A stretch of 64,000 nucleotides of DNA from Candidatus Poriferihabitaceae bacterium. Lineage in GTDB: Bacteria; Pseudomonadota; Gammaproteobacteria; Arenicellales; Poriferihabitantaceae. The position numbers and the translations under genes were made by a program. Shown here piece by piece: positions 23,773 through 33,325 of this stretch. The notes beneath the pieces are model-generated. The model searched no databases and was not told the DNA's origin. It saw only the letters and a list, made by a program, of their open reading frames with translations. Location of the stretch: contig CBDBBV010000002.1 of assembly GCA_965203265.1 (NCBI GenBank), positions 129,617 to 193,616 of the forward strand. The letters are read 5' to 3'. Each line of letters starts with the position of its first letter. Position 1 is the stretch's first letter.

Positions 23773-25411
23773 CAGCGACGCACCCCTGCTGGAAATGCGC
23801 GGCCTTCGCATCGAAGGCTTCAGCGATGAAAAGTGGCACCAGATCGTCAAGGGGGTCGATGTAACCCTGCATCGCGGCGAGGTGCTCGGCTTGATCGGCG
23901 AATCCGGTGCCGGCAAATCGACCATCGGCATTGCCGCGATGGGGTATGCGAAACCGGGCTGCCGCATCAACGGCGGCAGCATCGTGTTCGACGGCATAGA
24001 CTTGGTCAAGGCGTCGGAGGAGAAGAAGCGGCAACTGCGCGGATCGCGCATCGCATATGTGGCGCAAAGCGCCGCCGCATCGTTCAATCCAGCCCACAAG
24101 CTGATCGACCAGTTCGCCGAGACCGTCATCGAGCATGGAGTGGGTACCAAGGAATCGGCCTATACCGACGCCAAGGACTTGTACGCCAAGATCAAAATGC
24201 CCAAACCCGACGAGATCGGCTTCCGCTATCCCCATCAGGTTTCCGGCGGGCAACTGCAGCGCGCCATGACGGCGATGGCGCTTTCGTGCCGGCCCGATCT
24301 GCTGATCTTCGACGAGCCCACCACCGCCCTCGATGTTACCACCCAGATCGAGGTGCTGGTGACCATGCGCGACATCGTCGATCAGTTCAATTGCGCGGCG
24401 ATTTACATCACCCACGACCTCGCGGTTGTGGCACAGATGGCGGACAAGATCATGGTATTGCGCTACGGCGAAACCGTGGAAGAAGCCGACACCCGCAGAA
24501 TGTTGTCGACGCCTGAAGAGGAGTACACCAAATCGTTGTGGGCGGTGCGCTCGTTCAAAAAACAGGAAGCCGCTCCGCCGCCCGAGGAAACGCCGTTGAT
24601 TCGGGTGGAAAACGTGACCGCCGCCTACGGCCCGGTAACGGTGCTGTCCGATGTGGATTTTGAAGTGCATCGCGGTCACACCGTCGCCGTGGTGGGCGAG
24701 TCCGGCAGTGGCAAGAGCACCACCGCCCGAGTCATTACCGGGCTGTTGCCGCCGAAGCAGGGCGATGTGTATTACGACGGCGTCAAGTATCCGCGAGATT
24801 ACCGCAAGCGCAACAAGGAGCAGTTGCGCCAAGCCCAGATGATCTACCAGATGGCCGACACGGCGGTGAATCCGCGGCAGAAGATTCGCGAAATCGTCGG
24901 CCGCCCGCTGAGCTTCTATCTCGGCCTCGAGGGCGCGGAAAAAGAACAACGGTTGCGCCAGTTGATGGACATGATCGAGATGAATCCGGATCAGTTTCTC
25001 GACCGACTTCCGGGGGAGCTGTCCGGCGGCCAGAAGCAACGCATCTGCATCGCCCGGGCGCTGGCGGCCGAGCCGACCTTCATCATTTGCGACGAAGTCA
25101 CCTCGGCGCTCGACCAGTTGGTCGCCGAAGGCATTCTCAAACTGCTCGATCGCCTGCAACGGGAGCTGAATCTGGCGTACATGTTCATCACCCACGACTT
25201 GGCAACGGTCAACGCCATCGCCGATGAAGTCATCGTCATGCTCGAAGGGCGCATCGTCGAGCAGGGGCCCAAGGACGAAATTTTCTCGCCGCCCTACCAT
25301 GAGTACACAGATCTGTTGCTTTCCTCGGTGCCGAAGATGGACCCCGACTGGATGGACAACGTACTGGCGGAGCGAAAGGCCAAGGGCGGGCGAGCAGCAG
25401 CCGGAAACTGA
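23762..25411 (+). CDS. fused double ABC ATPase (DppD/DppF-like)
   Basis: Two cassettes: GESGAGKST ... VSGGQLQR ... LIFDEPTTALD, and GESGSGKST ... LSGGQKQR ... IICDEVTSALD. Confidence 0.9.
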   Translation: MNTDSDAPLLEMRGLRIEGFSDEKWHQIVKGVDVTLHRGEVLGLIGESGAGKSTIGIAAMGYAKPGCRINGGSIVFDGIDLVKASEEKKRQLRGSRIAYVAQSAAASFNPAHKLIDQFAETVIEHGVGTKESAYTDAKDLYAKIKMPKPDEIGFRYPHQVSGGQLQRAMTAMALSCRPDLLIFDEPTTALDVTTQIEVLVTMRDIVDQFNCAAIYITHDLAVVAQMADKIMVLRYGETVEEADTRRMLSTPEEEYTKSLWAVRSFKKQEAAPPPEETPLIRVENVTAAYGPVTVLSDVDFEVHRGHTVAVVGESGSGKSTTARVITGLLPPKQGDVYYDGVKYPRDYRKRNKEQLRQAQMIYQMADTAVNPRQKIREIVGRPLSFYLGLEGAEKEQRLRQLMDMIEMNPDQFLDRLPGELSGGQKQRICIARALAAEPTFIICDEVTSALDQLVAEGILKLLDRLQRELNLAYMFITHDLATVNAIADEVIVMLEGRIVEQGPKDEIFSPPYHEYTDLLLSSVPKMDPDWMDNVLAERKAKGGRAAAGN

Positions 25412-25458
25412 TCTGCCCATCTGCCGTCCTCCGCTCCGATGGACGGCGAATTCCGGCC

Positions 25459-26634
25459 CTACAGGGCGGGTCTGCGGTAGGCGCCTTCTCTGGCGCCGGT
25501 GGACATGACGATTTGCCACAGTTGCAAATTCCGCGCGCGAAACGCTCCGGCGCACACGTGCAGATAGTATCTCCACATGCGGTAGAAGCGCTCCGGGTAG
25601 TTTTTCGCAAGCTGCGGCCAAGCGCGGTGGAAATTGGCAAACCACGCCATCAACGTCTTGTCGTAGTCCGCGCCGAAATTGTGTACGTCCTCGATCACCA
25701 TCAGCGATTCCAGAGCGGCTGATATTTGCTTCAGCGAGGGAATTTCCCCATTGGGGAAGATGTATTTGGCAATCCACGGATCCACCCCCACGTTGGAGTT
25801 GTTCTTGCCGATGGTCTGCAGCAGAAATTTCCCCTCTTCCTTGAGACAGCGCCGCGCCACCCGCATGTAGGTTCGGTAGTTCTTGTGGCCGACGTGCTCG
25901 AACATGCCGAGGGAGACGATGGCGTCGAATGGTTCGTTCACCTCGCGGTAGTCCTGCAGACGCAATTCAACCGGCAGCCCGCGGCACTGCTCGGCGCCGA
26001 GTGCGACCTGTTGTTTTGAAATGGTCACCCCGACTACTTCGACGGCGTAATTCTCGACCGCGTATTTGGCGAAGCCGCCCCAGCCACAGCCGATGTCGAG
26101 TACCCGCATGCCCGGCTGCAGGTCGAGTTTCCGGCACACCAGATCGAGCTTATGCCGTTGCGCGTCATCGAGATTGTCGGCGTCGCGCCAGTATCCGCAG
26201 GTGTAGATCATGCGCCGATCCAGCATGGCGCGGTACATGTCGTTGCCGAGATCGTAATGCGCTTCGCCGACCTGAAAGGCGCGCGTTTTTCGTTGCAGGT
26301 TGGCGAGGATGGAGAGGAGATAGGGGGCGATGTAGGCGACGAATTTGCGCCTGCGAATTTGCGGTGAACGCAGCAATCGGTTGTACATCTCGTCGAGTTG
26401 GTCGTTCTCCCACCAGCCGTCCATATAGGATTCACCCAGGCCCAGCGAGCCGTTGATCAGCACCCGCTTGTAGAACGCGGGGTTGCGTATTTGCGGATCC
26501 CACGGATTGGGTCCGTTGATTTCAACCGTTGTTCCCGTCAGCATCTTGCGGATGCGGCGTTCGGCAAAGTTCGGTTTTTGCGGATTTTTCGAGTTTTGGT
26601 ACGTCGTCATTTTTGCTTGGGTAAATTCAGGCAA
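25459..26634 (-). CDS. cfa: cyclopropane-fatty-acyl-phospholipid synthase family methyltransferase
   Basis: NPAFYKRVLINGSLGLGESYMDGWW, SAM motif VLDIGCGWGG, and C-terminal YLHVCAGAFRARNLQLWQ closely parallel E. coli Cfa. Start may be ATG 26610. Confidence 0.9.
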   Translation of the reverse strand: MPEFTQAKMTTYQNSKNPQKPNFAERRIRKMLTGTTVEINGPNPWDPQIRNPAFYKRVLINGSLGLGESYMDGWWENDQLDEMYNRLLRSPQIRRRKFVAYIAPYLLSILANLQRKTRAFQVGEAHYDLGNDMYRAMLDRRMIYTCGYWRDADNLDDAQRHKLDLVCRKLDLQPGMRVLDIGCGWGGFAKYAVENYAVEVVGVTISKQQVALGAEQCRGLPVELRLQDYREVNEPFDAIVSLGMFEHVGHKNYRTYMRVARRCLKEEGKFLLQTIGKNNSNVGVDPWIAKYIFPNGEIPSLKQISAALESLMVIEDVHNFGADYDKTLMAWFANFHRAWPQLAKNYPERFYRMWRYYLHVCAGAFRARNLQLWQIVMSTGAREGAYRRPAL

Positions 26635-26753
26635 TGGGTTCTCCGCATCAGCCGATGCGAACTTGTATTTGACCGGGCATTATATTGACTGATCGCCGCA
26701 AAATACGCAAACACGAGAATACCGGGATTCGGGGGGAGCGGCTACATCGATCC

Positions 26754-29468
26754 CTAGTGGGCTTCCTTCCAGTTGCGCCCGTTTCCCGTGTCAACCACCA
26801 GCGGCACTTTCAAAACGGCGACGCCCGCCATCAACTCGGCGACCCGGCGGGACACCAGATCGACCTCGTCTTCCGCCACTTCGAGCACCAGTTCGTCGTG
26901 CACCTGCAGAATGATCTTCGCCCGAGATTTTTCCTCGCGTAGCCACCGATCCACCGCCAACATCGCCAGTTTGATCAGATCCGCGGCCGACCCCTGCATG
27001 GGCGCGTTGATCGCCGTGCGTTCGGCATACTGGCGGCGGGCGGCGTTGCGCGAGTGGATTTCCGGTAAATGCAGGCGCCGCCCGTACAGTGTTTCCACAT
27101 AGCCCTGCTGCCGCGCCGTCTCTCTGGCGTGTTCCATGTAGCTTTTTACCCCGGGGTAGCGCTCGAAATAAATCTCCATGTATTCCCGCGCTTGCTTCTG
27201 CTCGATATGCAACTGCCGTGCCAGACCGAATGCCGACATGCCGTAGATCAATCCGAAATTGATCGCCTTGGCTCGTCGGCGCTGCTCCCCGTCTACCTGG
27301 TCCACGGCGATGCCGAACACCTCCGCGGCGGTGGCGCTGTGCACATCCAGCCCCCGGTTGAAGGCGTCGATGAGCCCGTTGTCGGCGGACAGGTGCGCCA
27401 TGATGCGCAGTTCGATTTGCGAATAATCCGCAGACACCAGTATGTGGCCGGGCTCCGCAATGAAGGCTTCGCGGATTTGCCTGCCTTCCTCGGTGCGCAC
27501 CGGAATATTTTGCAAATTGGGGTCGGACGAAGACAGCCGCCCGGTTGCGGCGACCGCCTGATGGTAGGAGGTATGAATGCGCCCGCTCCGCGGATTCACC
27601 AGAGCGGGCAGTTTGTCGGTGTAGGTGCCTTTGAGCTTGGCCAAACCGCGATGCGCCAGAATCAATCTCGGCAGCTCGTAGGTGCGCGCCAGCTCCTGTA
27701 GCACGCTCTCCGCGGTGGAAGGTTGTCCCTTCGGCGTCTTGCGCAACACCGGAATGCCCTGCTTTTCGTACAGAATCTCCTGAATTTGCTTGGTCGAGGC
27801 GATATTGAATACCTCGCCGGCCTCGTCCACGGCGGCTTTCTCGATTTCCGCCAGACGACTTGCGATGGCCGAGCTTTGCCGCCGCAGCATATCCGTGTCC
27901 ACCTTGACGCCATTGGCCTCGATGCGAGCCAACACATCGATCAACGGCATTTCGATGTCTCGAAACAGCGCCTGCAACGCCTCATCGCCTTCAAGCCGGG
28001 GCGCCAGCGCCCGCTGCAGTCGCAGGGTGATGTCGGCGTCTTCGGCGGCGTAGCGGGTGGCCTGAGCGATCTCGACCTGATCGAAGGTCAACTGATCCTT
28101 GCCGCGCCCGGCAACATCGGAAAACGTGATGGTCTCGTATCCAAGATGCTTGCGCGCCAGCGTGTCCATATCGTGGCGGGAATTGCCGGCGTCCAAAAGA
28201 TAGGACATCAGCATGGTGTCGTGGGTAACGCCGCGCAGGGCGATGCCGTGGCGCCGCAACACCTCCAGATCGTATTTGAGATTCTGCGCGGTTTTCGCCT
28301 GCTGCGGATTCTCCAAGAGCGGGCGTAGTTTCGCCAGCGTGCGGTCGCAGGGCAGTTGCTTCGGCGCGCCGGCATACTGATGAGTCAGCGGCAGGTAGGC
28401 CGCCTCGTTCTCGGCCACGGAAAACGATATGCCCACCAGCTCGGCTTGGTGGGGATCCGGCGAGGTGGTCTCCGTGTCGATGGCGAACAGGGTTGACTGC
28501 TCCAGTCGATCAATCCATCTCGCCAGCGTTTCCTCGTCGAGGATGGTTTCATAGTGGGCGTCCGGCGGCGGCGTGTCGTCCTTCGCTTGGGGGGCGCCGT
28601 CGCCATCGCCATCGCTGTCCAGCTGCTTCAACCACGAGCGAAATTCGAGGTCGGTGTACAGCGAGCGCAGTTTTTCGGTGTCGGGCGGTTGCACCAGCAG
28701 ATCGTCCAGCCCCAAGCCGAGGTCGAGGTCGCACTGGATGGTGGCCAGCTGCCGCGACAACGCCAGTTGTTCCAGATTTTCCCGCAGGGACGCCCCGACC
28801 CGGCCCTTGATCTCGTCGGCGCACGCCACGATGCGGTCGAGGGAGCCGTACTGGGCAAGCCATTTCACCGCGGTCTTCGGCCCGACTCCGGGAATTCCGG
28901 GAATGTTGTCCGAGGCATCCCCCATCAGCGCCAGATATTCGACCATCCGCTCCGGCGGCACGCCAAATTTCTTGACCACGCCATCGGGGTCGAGGCGGGT
29001 ATTGCGCATGGTGTCCACCATTTCCACCCGCTCGTTCACCAACTGCGCCAAGTCCTTGTCGCCGCTGACGATCATGGTGTGGAAGCCCTGACTGGCCGCC
29101 TCGCTCGCCAGCGTGCCGATGACATCGTCCGCCTCCACTCCGGGTATGGACACCAGCGCAATGCCCAGAGCCGGAACGATTTGCTTCACATATGCGAGTT
29201 GCGCGCGCAAATCGTCCGGCATCGGCGGGCGATTGGCCTTGTATTGCGCGTACATTTCGTCTCGGAAGGTTTTCCCGCCAGCATCCATCACCACCGCCAA
29301 GCGCGTCGGTCGATATTCCGCCGTCAGGCTGCGCAGCATGTTGATGGTGCCGAACACGGCGTGGGTGGTGCGCCCGTCCGCGGTGGTCAGCGGCTGGCGG
29401 ATCGCGTGATAGGCGCGAAACAGGAAGGAGGAGCCGTCGACCAGAATGATTTGCGCGGCGGGTGTCAT
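26754..29468 (-). CDS. polA: DNA polymerase I
   Basis: 5'-nuclease domain (ILVDGSSFLFRAYHA), 3'-5' exo domain (FAIDTETTS), and pol motifs (DYSQIELRIMAHLS, QVHDELVLE). Length 904 aa. Confidence 0.97.
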   Translation of the reverse strand: MTPAAQIILVDGSSFLFRAYHAIRQPLTTADGRTTHAVFGTINMLRSLTAEYRPTRLAVVMDAGGKTFRDEMYAQYKANRPPMPDDLRAQLAYVKQIVPALGIALVSIPGVEADDVIGTLASEAASQGFHTMIVSGDKDLAQLVNERVEMVDTMRNTRLDPDGVVKKFGVPPERMVEYLALMGDASDNIPGIPGVGPKTAVKWLAQYGSLDRIVACADEIKGRVGASLRENLEQLALSRQLATIQCDLDLGLGLDDLLVQPPDTEKLRSLYTDLEFRSWLKQLDSDGDGDGAPQAKDDTPPPDAHYETILDEETLARWIDRLEQSTLFAIDTETTSPDPHQAELVGISFSVAENEAAYLPLTHQYAGAPKQLPCDRTLAKLRPLLENPQQAKTAQNLKYDLEVLRRHGIALRGVTHDTMLMSYLLDAGNSRHDMDTLARKHLGYETITFSDVAGRGKDQLTFDQVEIAQATRYAAEDADITLRLQRALAPRLEGDEALQALFRDIEMPLIDVLARIEANGVKVDTDMLRRQSSAIASRLAEIEKAAVDEAGEVFNIASTKQIQEILYEKQGIPVLRKTPKGQPSTAESVLQELARTYELPRLILAHRGLAKLKGTYTDKLPALVNPRSGRIHTSYHQAVAATGRLSSSDPNLQNIPVRTEEGRQIREAFIAEPGHILVSADYSQIELRIMAHLSADNGLIDAFNRGLDVHSATAAEVFGIAVDQVDGEQRRRAKAINFGLIYGMSAFGLARQLHIEQKQAREYMEIYFERYPGVKSYMEHARETARQQGYVETLYGRRLHLPEIHSRNAARRQYAERTAINAPMQGSAADLIKLAMLAVDRWLREEKSRAKIILQVHDELVLEVAEDEVDLVSRRVAELMAGVAVLKVPLVVDTGNGRNWKEAH

Positions 29469-29609
29469 TGCCGAAGAGGTTTGCAGGAGCGGATTATCAG
29501 TGTGTTATTATCCCATCAAATCCCGCATTTGTATGAAAAGTCGTCCGCCTCCGCGCGGGCGTTTGTGGGAAAGCGAAACCGGTGCGCCTGTGGGCGCGGG
29601 AGCAGTGAA

Positions 29610-29936
29610 ATGAAGCAGAAAACGCATGAAATCAGGGTATTTTTAATGGTCGGCGCGCTCGTGTCGGCATTGGCGCAGCAGCCGATTTCAGCGGACGAGC
29701 AGGCGCAGGAGCAGGCGGACGCGGAAAGCGCCGACGACCTCGCCGCCGAGGGAAAAGACGGCATCCGATATGAGGAACACCGCGTGGGTGGCCGCCTCGA
29801 GCAGATCATCGTCCCGCGAGAACGCGGCTTGGTGGAAACCTATCGAAACAAGCGCACGGACACCCTGTGGGCAGCCGAGGAAAACGAACTGGGCGAAGTA
29901 CCCAACATGCGCCAGTGGATTCTCGGTACTTGGTGA
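29610..29936 (+). CDS. small secreted protein, DUF2782-like
   Basis: Signal peptide (VFLMVGALVSALAQQPISA) followed by an acidic region. Sits divergent from polA, where I recall DUF2782 genes in gammaproteobacteria. The family call is from memory only. Confidence 0.5.
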   Translation: MKQKTHEIRVFLMVGALVSALAQQPISADEQAQEQADAESADDLAAEGKDGIRYEEHRVGGRLEQIIVPRERGLVETYRNKRTDTLWAAEENELGEVPNMRQWILGTW

Positions 29937-29981
29937 TGCGGTGAATGCCGCCCGCCGGTCGGCGGCAGGCGGCGATGGTCT

Positions 29982-32159
29982 CTACCTCAGGCGCCGCTCG
30001 ATCGCCGGAATCGACACGGTAACCGCCACCCCCGGCAAGTCGTCTCGGTTGTCCGCCCACGCCTGCCCGTGGTGATATTCGGCGATCAGCCGCACCACGA
30101 ACAGGCCGAGTCCGAGATGGGAGCGCTTGGGGTTGGTTTTGCCGTGCGACACCATGGGGTCGAACAGCCGGTCGCGCAGATTTTCCGGCAATGCCCGGCC
30201 TTCGTTCAGCACCGCGATTTCGGCGTTTTTCCCCCGGCGGCGCACGCGCACGACGATCGCCCGGCCGGGGAGGCTGAATTGCACCGCATTGTCGATCAGT
30301 TTGTCGAGCATTTGCGCCAGATGGTCGGCGTTGCCCTCGATGTGCAACGGATCGTCCCCGACCTGCAGTTGAAAGCGGTGGTCGGGTTGGCTGATGCGGT
30401 AGCCGTCGACGAATTCGGTGACCAGCGCGGCCAGATTCAGCGGCTGCTTGACCTCGTTGCGCATCGCCTCTTCCAGATTGGCCGCTTCGGTCAAACTGGT
30501 GAGAATGGCGCGCAGCCGCGCCACGCCGGTTCGCGCCCGCTGCATGTATTGATTTTTCCGTATCCCCGGAATCTCGGTTTCCAGTATCTGCAGGGATGAG
30601 CTGACCACGTTGAGCGGGTTGTTCATCTCGTGGGCGAGGGTGTCGGGCATCCCTTCGAGATAGCGGGTATAACCCGACAGCCGCTGCAACATGGCGGTAA
30701 TGCTGCGCCCGAGATCGCCCAGTTCGTCCGTGGGGTAGTTGTGCGCGGGAATGCGCCCATCCACCACCCGCCCCTCGGCGGTGATCGCCTTTTCCGTGGT
30801 GGTATGCAGCCGTCTCACTCTGGCGGTCAGGCGCCACGCGAACATGAATAGGGCGACTACCACGAAGGCGAACACGAAGGTGGTGGCCAGGCTGAGATTT
30901 CGCAGCAGGCGATACTGCAGCGCCAGCACCACGTTGCTGCTTTGCTCGACGATCACCGCGCCGAGTATTTCATCGCCCGACCGGATCGGATATCCGGCGA
31001 CGATAATCTGCGCTTTTCGATCCAACGACGGGCGCGCATGGGCGCGCGCTTCGCCCTTCAAAATGGTGGTGAAAATCTTGTCCGGGCGGTGGGTTACATC
31101 GGTGGGGACATCGACGAATTGCTCCACCGGGCTCTTCGGCAGCGCCTCGATGCGAGATTGCAGGCGCTGATAGGCGCTCTGCAGCCAGCCGGGTGGCGGC
31201 GCGTCGGTTTTCCCCGAATCGATGGGCGCCGACAGGCCGCCGACCACCGCGCGCACCCGCTGCTCCTTGTCGAGAATCCAGATCAACGACCTCGGCTGAT
31301 CCAGCCCCTTGAGTATCTTGGTCAATTCCGGCGAACTCAACAGTATCTGCGCCGGGTCGCTGCCGGACACCTGCGGTGAAGTGGAGAGAGTCGCGACGAT
31401 GCTGCGATCGTCGGCGTCATCCACATCGACGACGAAGAACCCTAGTTTCGATCTCGTGCCGATGACATCTCGCGGCATTCGCAATTCGACCTGATAGCCC
31501 CACTCGGTTTCCGCGATTTCCCCGGTGAATTCGGTCGTCGGCTGGCCCTCCAGCGGCAGGCGCCAGTCCTCGTCCACCAGATAGACGCTCGTGCGCCCCG
31601 GTGCGCGCGCCACCATCAGGTAGTGCTGCAGCGTGTTGTCGGGGCGTTGCAGCAGAATTCTGATCTGGTCGCTGGTGTCCAGATGCAGCAGATCGAGGTC
31701 GCGGTACACCACCTGATCGTCGTTGACCGCAAACATGGCGTACAGGAAATTCTCGTAGTAGCCGATCGCGTTCTTCAGGGAAAACGAATTCGGGCGGTAA
31801 TTCTCATCGCACAGGAACGGGTCGCCGCCGGTGTGATAGGTGGCGTGCTGCTGCAGGGATTCCCAGTCGCCGAGCTTGCCGTCCAGTTGCACCAGACTGT
31901 CCAGCCGATGCGCGTACAGGTCGCTTCTCTCGCCGAGCACTTCCGGCACGCCGGTGGCGGGGTTGAACAGCTCGGAGCGATCGTTGAGCACCGTGGCGAT
32001 GCCGCTGGCGGTCAAGAGCAGGGCTTCCTGTTGCCCCTGCAGCAGAAACTTCTTCATCTCCTGCACATAATGGTAGCCCAGCCAGGGGATGATCAGCAGG
32101 GCGAGCACCAGCCAGATCAGTTTGATCTGTATGCTCGCTGCGCGCAGTCGTCGGAGCAT
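29982..32159 (-). CDS. sensor histidine kinase with a large periplasmic domain
   Basis: TM1 (IKLIWLVLALLIIPWLGY), about 390-aa extracytoplasmic region, TM2, H-box LAHEMNNPLNVV, N/G boxes (IDNAVQFS, GLGLGLFVV). Confidence 0.85.
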   Translation of the reverse strand: MLRRLRAASIQIKLIWLVLALLIIPWLGYHYVQEMKKFLLQGQQEALLLTASGIATVLNDRSELFNPATGVPEVLGERSDLYAHRLDSLVQLDGKLGDWESLQQHATYHTGGDPFLCDENYRPNSFSLKNAIGYYENFLYAMFAVNDDQVVYRDLDLLHLDTSDQIRILLQRPDNTLQHYLMVARAPGRTSVYLVDEDWRLPLEGQPTTEFTGEIAETEWGYQVELRMPRDVIGTRSKLGFFVVDVDDADDRSIVATLSTSPQVSGSDPAQILLSSPELTKILKGLDQPRSLIWILDKEQRVRAVVGGLSAPIDSGKTDAPPPGWLQSAYQRLQSRIEALPKSPVEQFVDVPTDVTHRPDKIFTTILKGEARAHARPSLDRKAQIIVAGYPIRSGDEILGAVIVEQSSNVVLALQYRLLRNLSLATTFVFAFVVVALFMFAWRLTARVRRLHTTTEKAITAEGRVVDGRIPAHNYPTDELGDLGRSITAMLQRLSGYTRYLEGMPDTLAHEMNNPLNVVSSSLQILETEIPGIRKNQYMQRARTGVARLRAILTSLTEAANLEEAMRNEVKQPLNLAALVTEFVDGYRISQPDHRFQLQVGDDPLHIEGNADHLAQMLDKLIDNAVQFSLPGRAIVVRVRRRGKNAEIAVLNEGRALPENLRDRLFDPMVSHGKTNPKRSHLGLGLFVVRLIAEYHHGQAWADNRDDLPGVAVTVSIPAIERRLR

Positions 32160-32195
32160 GGCCGGTGAAATTCCGCAGCGACCCCGCTGGCGGGA

Positions 32196-32891
32196 TCAGT
32201 CCGAATTCCAACGGTAGCCGACGCCGAATACCGTTTTAATCATGGAAAAATTCCGATCCGCCTCCTTGAACTTCTTGCGGATTCGCCGAACATACCCGTT
32301 GATGGTGTTCTTCTCCACATAACTCTGGCGGGTAACCTGCATGAGTGCGTCGTAGGTTTTGACATGGCCGGGATGCCGGGCGAGGGCTTCGATCAGCCAG
32401 AATTCGGTCAGCGTCAGGTTCATCACCTGCCCCCTCCATCGCACCGACATGGTGTTTTGGTCGAGGGTCAGATCGCCGAGCACGAGCGTGGACGGTTGTT
32501 CCGCTTCGGTTTGCAGCATCGAGGCGATGCGAAACAGCGACGACACCCGCACCGCCAGAAACTGCAGATTCACCGGTTTGGTGATGTAGTCCCAGGCGTC
32601 CAGCCGCAGGCCGGAAACCCGGTCGATATCGCTGTCTCGGGCGGTCAGGAAGATGATCGGCATGTTCGGGCTGCGCTGGCGCAAGTCCCGGCACAGGTCG
32701 AAACCGCCGTCTATTTCATCCTCCAGCATGATGTCCAAAATGGCGAGGTCCGGCAGGTGCCGCTTGAATCCGGCCAAGGCCGCCCGGCAGTTGCCGTAGG
32801 TGTGAATGGCATAGCCCTGAGACTTGAGCGCGTGGGCGTAATTGGCGCGCTGATCGGTGTCGTCCTCAACGATGGCGATGACTTTCGACAT
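32196..32891 (-). CDS. OmpR-family response regulator
   Basis: Receiver domain (IAIVEDDTDQR...DLAILDIMLED...IFLTAR) plus winged-helix output (LTLTEFWLIEALARHPG...GVGYRW). Start at internal ATG 32891. Adjacent to and co-oriented with the kinase. Confidence 0.9.
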   Translation of the reverse strand: MSKVIAIVEDDTDQRANYAHALKSQGYAIHTYGNCRAALAGFKRHLPDLAILDIMLEDEIDGGFDLCRDLRQRSPNMPIIFLTARDSDIDRVSGLRLDAWDYITKPVNLQFLAVRVSSLFRIASMLQTEAEQPSTLVLGDLTLDQNTMSVRWRGQVMNLTLTEFWLIEALARHPGHVKTYDALMQVTRQSYVEKNTINGYVRRIRKKFKEADRNFSMIKTVFGVGYRWNSD

Positions 32892-33138
32892 GAATGGCGT
32901 GTAGCGGCTGGCAGTCGGTGGCCGCAAAATCGGCGGTTGACGGGTAAGGCGAGTATACGGGATTGGCAACACCGCAAGCGAATGCCCGGCCGAGTGCCAC
33001 AAAAATGCCATTTTTTTCTCGCTTCAATGCCATTCCCCGGAGTTGTAATGCCACTGTTTCCCCGCTGGAAAATGCCCCGACGCCCGCCGACCGCGGCGAT
33101 TTCCGGGAACGGGAGAACAACGCAGAGGAAACCCGACC

Positions 33139-33300
33139 ATGAAGCAGAAAGTTTTTATCCCGGTAACCGACGAGATGCTCTACGATCATCCGGAGTTGAT
33201 CACCGCGCCGCTGCAGCCGTTCACCATCGACCAGCCGTGCTTTCACTGGATGGCGGACGCCGAGATCGAGATCATCGAACCGGAAAAACCGGCGGCCTGA
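33139..33300 (+). CDS. hypothetical 53-aa protein (below the ORF-track size cut-off)
   Basis: ATG preceded by AGAGGA. Translation MKQKVFIPVTDEMLYDHPELITAPLQPFTIDQPCFHWMADAEIEIIEPEKPAA. Third codon positions are overwhelmingly G/C, like host genes. No family recognised. Confidence 0.4.
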   Translation: MKQKVFIPVTDEMLYDHPELITAPLQPFTIDQPCFHWMADAEIEIIEPEKPAA

Positions 33301-33325
33301 TCTACCCGCGCCGCCGCAAGCCGGA

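Noticed and set aside
29982-32891. Assigning the HK/RR pair to the proteobacterial dedicated-sortase two-component family (TIGR03785/TIGR03787).
   Set aside because: The N-terminal region of the kinase and its size recall that family. However, no sortase, LPXTG-type target or vWA partner is present in the window, and I cannot verify the HMM match. The pair is kept as generic HK/RR.
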